Positions 59,750 to 64,000 of a stretch of DNA of 64,000 nt are shown piece after piece; the stretch's first letter is position 1, and each line of letters begins with the position of its first letter. The stretch is from Takakia lepidozioides (lineage: Eukaryota > Plantae > Bryophyta): contig CM060734.1 in the NCBI GenBank assembly GCA_030704615.1, positions 35,774,001 through 35,838,000 on the forward strand. Reading direction: 5' to 3'. The translations under genes were made by a program, and so were the position numbers. Under the pieces are notes generated by a model. The model did no database searches, was not told the origin of the DNA, and saw only the letters and a list, made by a program, of their open reading frames with translations.

Positions 59750-60844
59750 ACAATTGTGCAGTTTATGTTGACTTGTCTAATGATTAGATTTGTCTCGTGA
59801 GCTGCTCATGCAGAAAGGTGTGTATTCCTGCTCACACACACAAATGTCTTGCCAAAATAGTGTCTAGTGTACATCCATTGAAATCACCCACTCATGTCAC
59901 CCCTGTCCGAGCATGGGCAAAACCCCCTTTCGAAAAGTCACCCCTTGTGACCTCTGTAGCTCTTTGTGTCAACTGTGATGGCAGCTTGTGGAGGAAGGAT
60001 TTATGACAGGTCTTGTTAGCCGATTCTTCTATAGATGCATGAAATTGCTGCAGGCCTTAACGAATTACGCCTTGCCAGCTTCTGCTGTAGAAAACTCTAC
60101 CCGCCCACTAACATGTTCAGCCACTGAAAAGTGTAGCAAGCGCGGCATGTGATTCCCTTTCTTAATCCTCTTCAATTTCCATGGAATCAGCACGCAACAT
60201 CCAACATGTGAACCTTCACAGATCAAAGGACTCACTCCCCCCATTGAGCAAAATCCATTTGGGATCTTGCACTTGGTCAGAAGATGCTTGCTTGCTATGG
60301 AACACTAATTGCCATGTCTTCCATAAGTCACCCTTCCAACATTCATTCGGATTCTGAAGGAATGATAGGGAGTTTCAATCGAAAAGAAAAAGAAAAAAAG
60401 AAAAGTAGACCCAGCGATGACTCCCGATGAAATACAGGACAAAGTATAGTACAGGGCAACCCTACCCCGCATTACCATAATCGTTGTTGCATCATGAGCC
60501 GCCCGGTAGTAAAGACATCAATCTGCTCAGAGAAACTGGCAGAAAGCACATTTACTTATTACACCCGCACTTGCTACCACTCTCCTCGCTCCCTTACCTC
60601 CACTGCGGGGATTTGTAAGAGAATTTGCTGACGACCATATTGTGCACTTCAATCTGTTGCCTGCCACCCACCCACTTCACCTTTCTGCCCCAACGCACGC
60701 AGAATAATTGTCATTCATTCATTCTGATTGCCTGCCACTCGCTCTCTAATCGTGCCCTCTCTCATCTCTCTGCCCTACCGCGACTCTGTCACTCTACTTA
60801 ATACCACTCCTGCTTCTTCTTCCCTGCCACCATGGCTGATTTTT

Positions 60845-61660
60845 GCACCTGTCACAAGGCATTTGACAGGCAAAAAAAGGCAAAAAAAAAATGAGCCTGT
60901 CATAAGAAAGGCAATGAGAAAAAATGCCTGTCACGAAAAAAATAGCCTGTCAAAAGAAAGGCAGAAATTTCTGATAATTAGGGGTAATTTGATTACTAAG
61001 TCCACCTAGGAGAGGCTCACAAAGCCTGAAAGCTACAAATGAATAGAAAATCTGCAGAGATTACTGATAGTTATTAGCAATTTTATTAGTAAGTCCACCT
61101 AGAAGCTAGGAGAGGCTAAAAAAAGGTACAAATTGTTAGTAGTTTTGTTACTAGTAGTTTTGTTTTGTAAACTACTAGTAGTTTACTAGTAGTTTTGTTA
61201 CTAGTTTGTTAGTAGTTTACTAGTAAGTCCACCTAAGGGGAGCCTCACCGAGCACTGCCAGCAGTGTGAAATTTGGAAAACAGCACGAGTGGCTATTGAG
61301 TTTTGCAGAAAATAGCAGTATATTCTGTTCATCCACTGAAATCATCCACTTCTGTACCATAATCCATATATATCATCCATATTTGGCAAATGCATCCATA
61401 ATTTATTTTTATTTGGAGAAATTTGGAAATTTCATCCATGGAAAACATGGGACTTTCGACAGAATATATATATATATTTTTTTTTGAGGTCGAAATTTAG
61501 CGTGCATTTTGCAGGGAGAGGATTGGTGGCAGCCTACAGTGTTGTTTTTTGACAGGTAGTGACAGGTTAAATGTTTTTTTGACTTTCACTGCGACAGACA
61601 ACTTTGAGAAAATGCCTTTCACATGACAGGTTGACAGATTTTTGACCTTTCACACAATTT
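60845..61660. mobile_element. Degenerate non-autonomous TIR/foldback element
   Basis: Repeated CCTGTCA motifs at the left and TGACAGG at the right (cctgtcataagaaaggca vs reverse complement cctgtcatgtgaaaggca). Internal repeats taagtccaccta x3 and actagtagttt. Ends and TSD not resolved. Confidence 0.5.
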
Positions 61661-63029
61661 TGTCATATGAAATTGAAACAAAAAATGAAAAGAAGTGTGA
61701 AATTTAAAAAAAAAACAAAAATAAAATAAAATGTGAACTTCTTACAACTACAATTAGTGAAGCTCCAGTTTGTGAATACATATGGTATTGAGCACGCACA
61801 GGAAACAAAGAGGGAGAGCCTAAGTAAGCTTAGAGGTTTAAGGTTTGAAAGAAGGGCAGCAGGCAGTCAGCGTTTTTTTACTCTCCATCGATTCATTTCA
61901 TACGAGACGGAATCCGTACGACCACAGTTCACGGATCTGTGGCACTAGACGGACGGCACCGACATCCGTCCAATTCCGGCAATTATAGAGCCTGCTCAGA
62001 TACGGCCGGTCCAGCGATGTCGAGGGTCCCACGTGCGGGAAAGCTCGCTGGGCCCGGCGACCGGCATCCGGCAACCTGCACGCGGACAGCTACCGAGGGC
62101 GGGCTCAGCCGCCATCACGGCGGGCCGGCGCCTCGCCGTCCGGCCGGCCTGGTTTCGCCATATATAGCCCGATCATCTCTTGAAAATAAACATATATTAA
62201 AAGCTTTATGCACGTGCAGTGTAAATTTTGTAAATATTGGCAGTGACGTATTATTAATGCAACTTATCGTTGACCGCGGAGTATGACCCTGTCTGTCTCA
62301 ATACTCATCAACCCGTGCAGGCCGGTATTGGTCGTCGACGAACGTACGGCGGTCGTGGATGTCAGTCATCGTCAGTCCTGGAGCCTGTCAGTCCGTCGAC
62401 CCACGAACATGAGACGAGAAAGTCCGTTGCCGGTTGCGGTGGCCGGCAATAATGTTGGCGGGGCCAAAAGAACCGGCAACGAGATTCAGGTGGGGTTGTT
62501 GACGCGTGCCAATCATGTCGCGCGTCGGCCCCACCGGTTGTTAAAGTTTCCGTTATCGTCCATTGCTTTCCCTTTCGGACTCTATCTGCGCACGTTGAGT
62601 GGACAGGCAGTCCAGGTCGATTATTGCTGTTTGCCAACGATTTTGCGCATCAAAACATTGGCCCACGGTCGTTTTCATCTGGGCGCCCGATCTTTGCAGC
62701 AGCGGATGGTTTGCTATGCTGCAAAGATGAGCACGTTCAGAATGTACGAGTAGGTACTCAGTACATTGAGAGCACGGAAGTACCTTCCTGCAGGTTAGTA
62801 CCTGCACAGCCCAAGCTACACTCATTACTCCTCCTTTATGAGTTCAAATAGTGGCTCTAAATTCTCTTAAGGAGAAATGGCGAGATCTATTTTTGTTCAT
62901 AATTACTTAAAATATCACAAAATCGTGCACTCATTTTATCTTTGAGATTTGTTTCCATCCTCTTCTATGTTGCTTTCCATCCATTTGTGAAGCTTGTTCT
63001 TATATTGACTCCTCCATAAAAGTTGTCTA

Positions 63030-63236
63030 TAATTATATTATTATTATTGTGTTGAAGGAAACCTGGGAGCGACTGCTCACAATTCAAGCCCGTGAAGAAG
63101 GGGAAAAATTAACCCCCTTTCAGATAAGCCATTGGGCACACAGGTGGGAAACATCATCCGAGACCAACCGGTCACAAACAAGTCATACCCATAGGACAAA
63201 GTAGCAGGATTGGAACCCTGAATCACCAGGGTCTAC
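63030..63236 (-). mobile_element. SINE-like copy related to 2765-2981
   Basis: The reverse complement shares ccctggtg.tt.agggttc.aa.cctgct, ttgtt.gtgac, aattttcccc.tc.tca.gg and ggtttcctt, followed by an (AAT)n tail. Confidence 0.55.
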
Positions 63237-64000
63237 TTTTTTTTTAAACAAAATTCACTATTCTGAAAAAATCACTTTGAGATTTTTTTTTCCATCCTCT
63301 TCATGGTTGCTTTTCATCCATTTGTGAAGCTTGTTCTCTAATATTGACTCCTCGATAAAAGTCGTCTATTCATTGTTTGTCGCAGTAGGGCCTGAATAGG
63401 TGCCGGAGTAAATTTATAATATTTTCAAAATATTTATAACCCAGTGGAATAGAGACTATTTATTATTTACATTGTTGTCAACTTGTCAGTAGAATTTCCA
63501 GTTCCTATGTTTACACGCGACCTGTTGTTGTCTGCTTCCTTACTTAGCCCTTTAGTTCCCCATGGCTGTGCCCTCATTGATGTAACGCCGCATATCCTGT
63601 TCCCAACGTTAAATCCAAATTACGGGTCCGTTCCATTTTCCAAATAGACATATATATGTCGGTGTGTGCGTGTAAGAGCATCCGACAGACTCCGATGCCG
63701 AAACAGCAATATGGATGACAAATGGAAAATAGAAAACTGTAACAAGTCCTGGGTGGACCTTGTCTTTGAAAAAAGGGTCCAACAACACCCCACAACCACA
63801 AGAGGGCCTGAGTGGGAGAAGACAGTTCTAAATGAGGAATCGACAATGGACTTAAGAGCGATACATAGAACTTATTCCCCTCATTCGAGTGTCACTTCTT
63901 ACATTCGCACATTAAGTTCGTTTGAATGTATTTGCTGCAAACAAGAAAACGAGAGTGCAGAGGGCCCACTAAAAGCTACAAAACAGGTAAACCCAAAGGC

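Noticed and set aside
61939-62851. GC-rich block with 90-156 aa ORFs on both strands
   Set aside because: No recognisable domain, splice structure or termini.

Overview
Eukaryotic nuclear DNA from a land plant, most likely a non-seed plant (bryophyte, lycophyte or fern). This is inferred from the gene set, PLS-PPR debris, a Crinkler-like gene and the TE families. The left 26 kb is a nested-TE stack with target-site duplications (TSDs) readable at every level. A Crinkler-like (CRN NTPase+REase) pseudogene was split just upstream of its Walker A motif by a 24.2 kb non-chromovirus Ty3/Gypsy element (1997-26204, TSD AAGTT) that has extra ORFs on both sides of gag-pol. Its 5' LTR was later hit by a 4.9 kb non-autonomous CACTA (2307-7228, TSD ACA) whose cargo is scrambled OSB-type PDF-motif exons plus PLS-PPR fragments and a SINE. 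Its 3' extra ORF was hit by a chromovirus lacking the integrase core (16355-22416, TSD CACTA). The right part holds five intact, spliceable host genes: formamidase (-), a glycyl-tRNA synthetase without WHEP domain (+), SnRK1 beta (+), organellar GrpE (-) and Integrator subunit 7 (+). Between them lie a second PDF/PPR chimeric remnant and a Mutator-like element containing a RandI/Dualen-like (RNase H + CCHC + restriction-like endonuclease) LINE 3' fragment, which in turn contains a solo LTR. There are also an L1 fragment, MITEs, SINEs and four truncated copies of a tail-less LINE that appears to favour GA/TC-rich targets. All family assignments come from motif recognition by eye; no database search was run.
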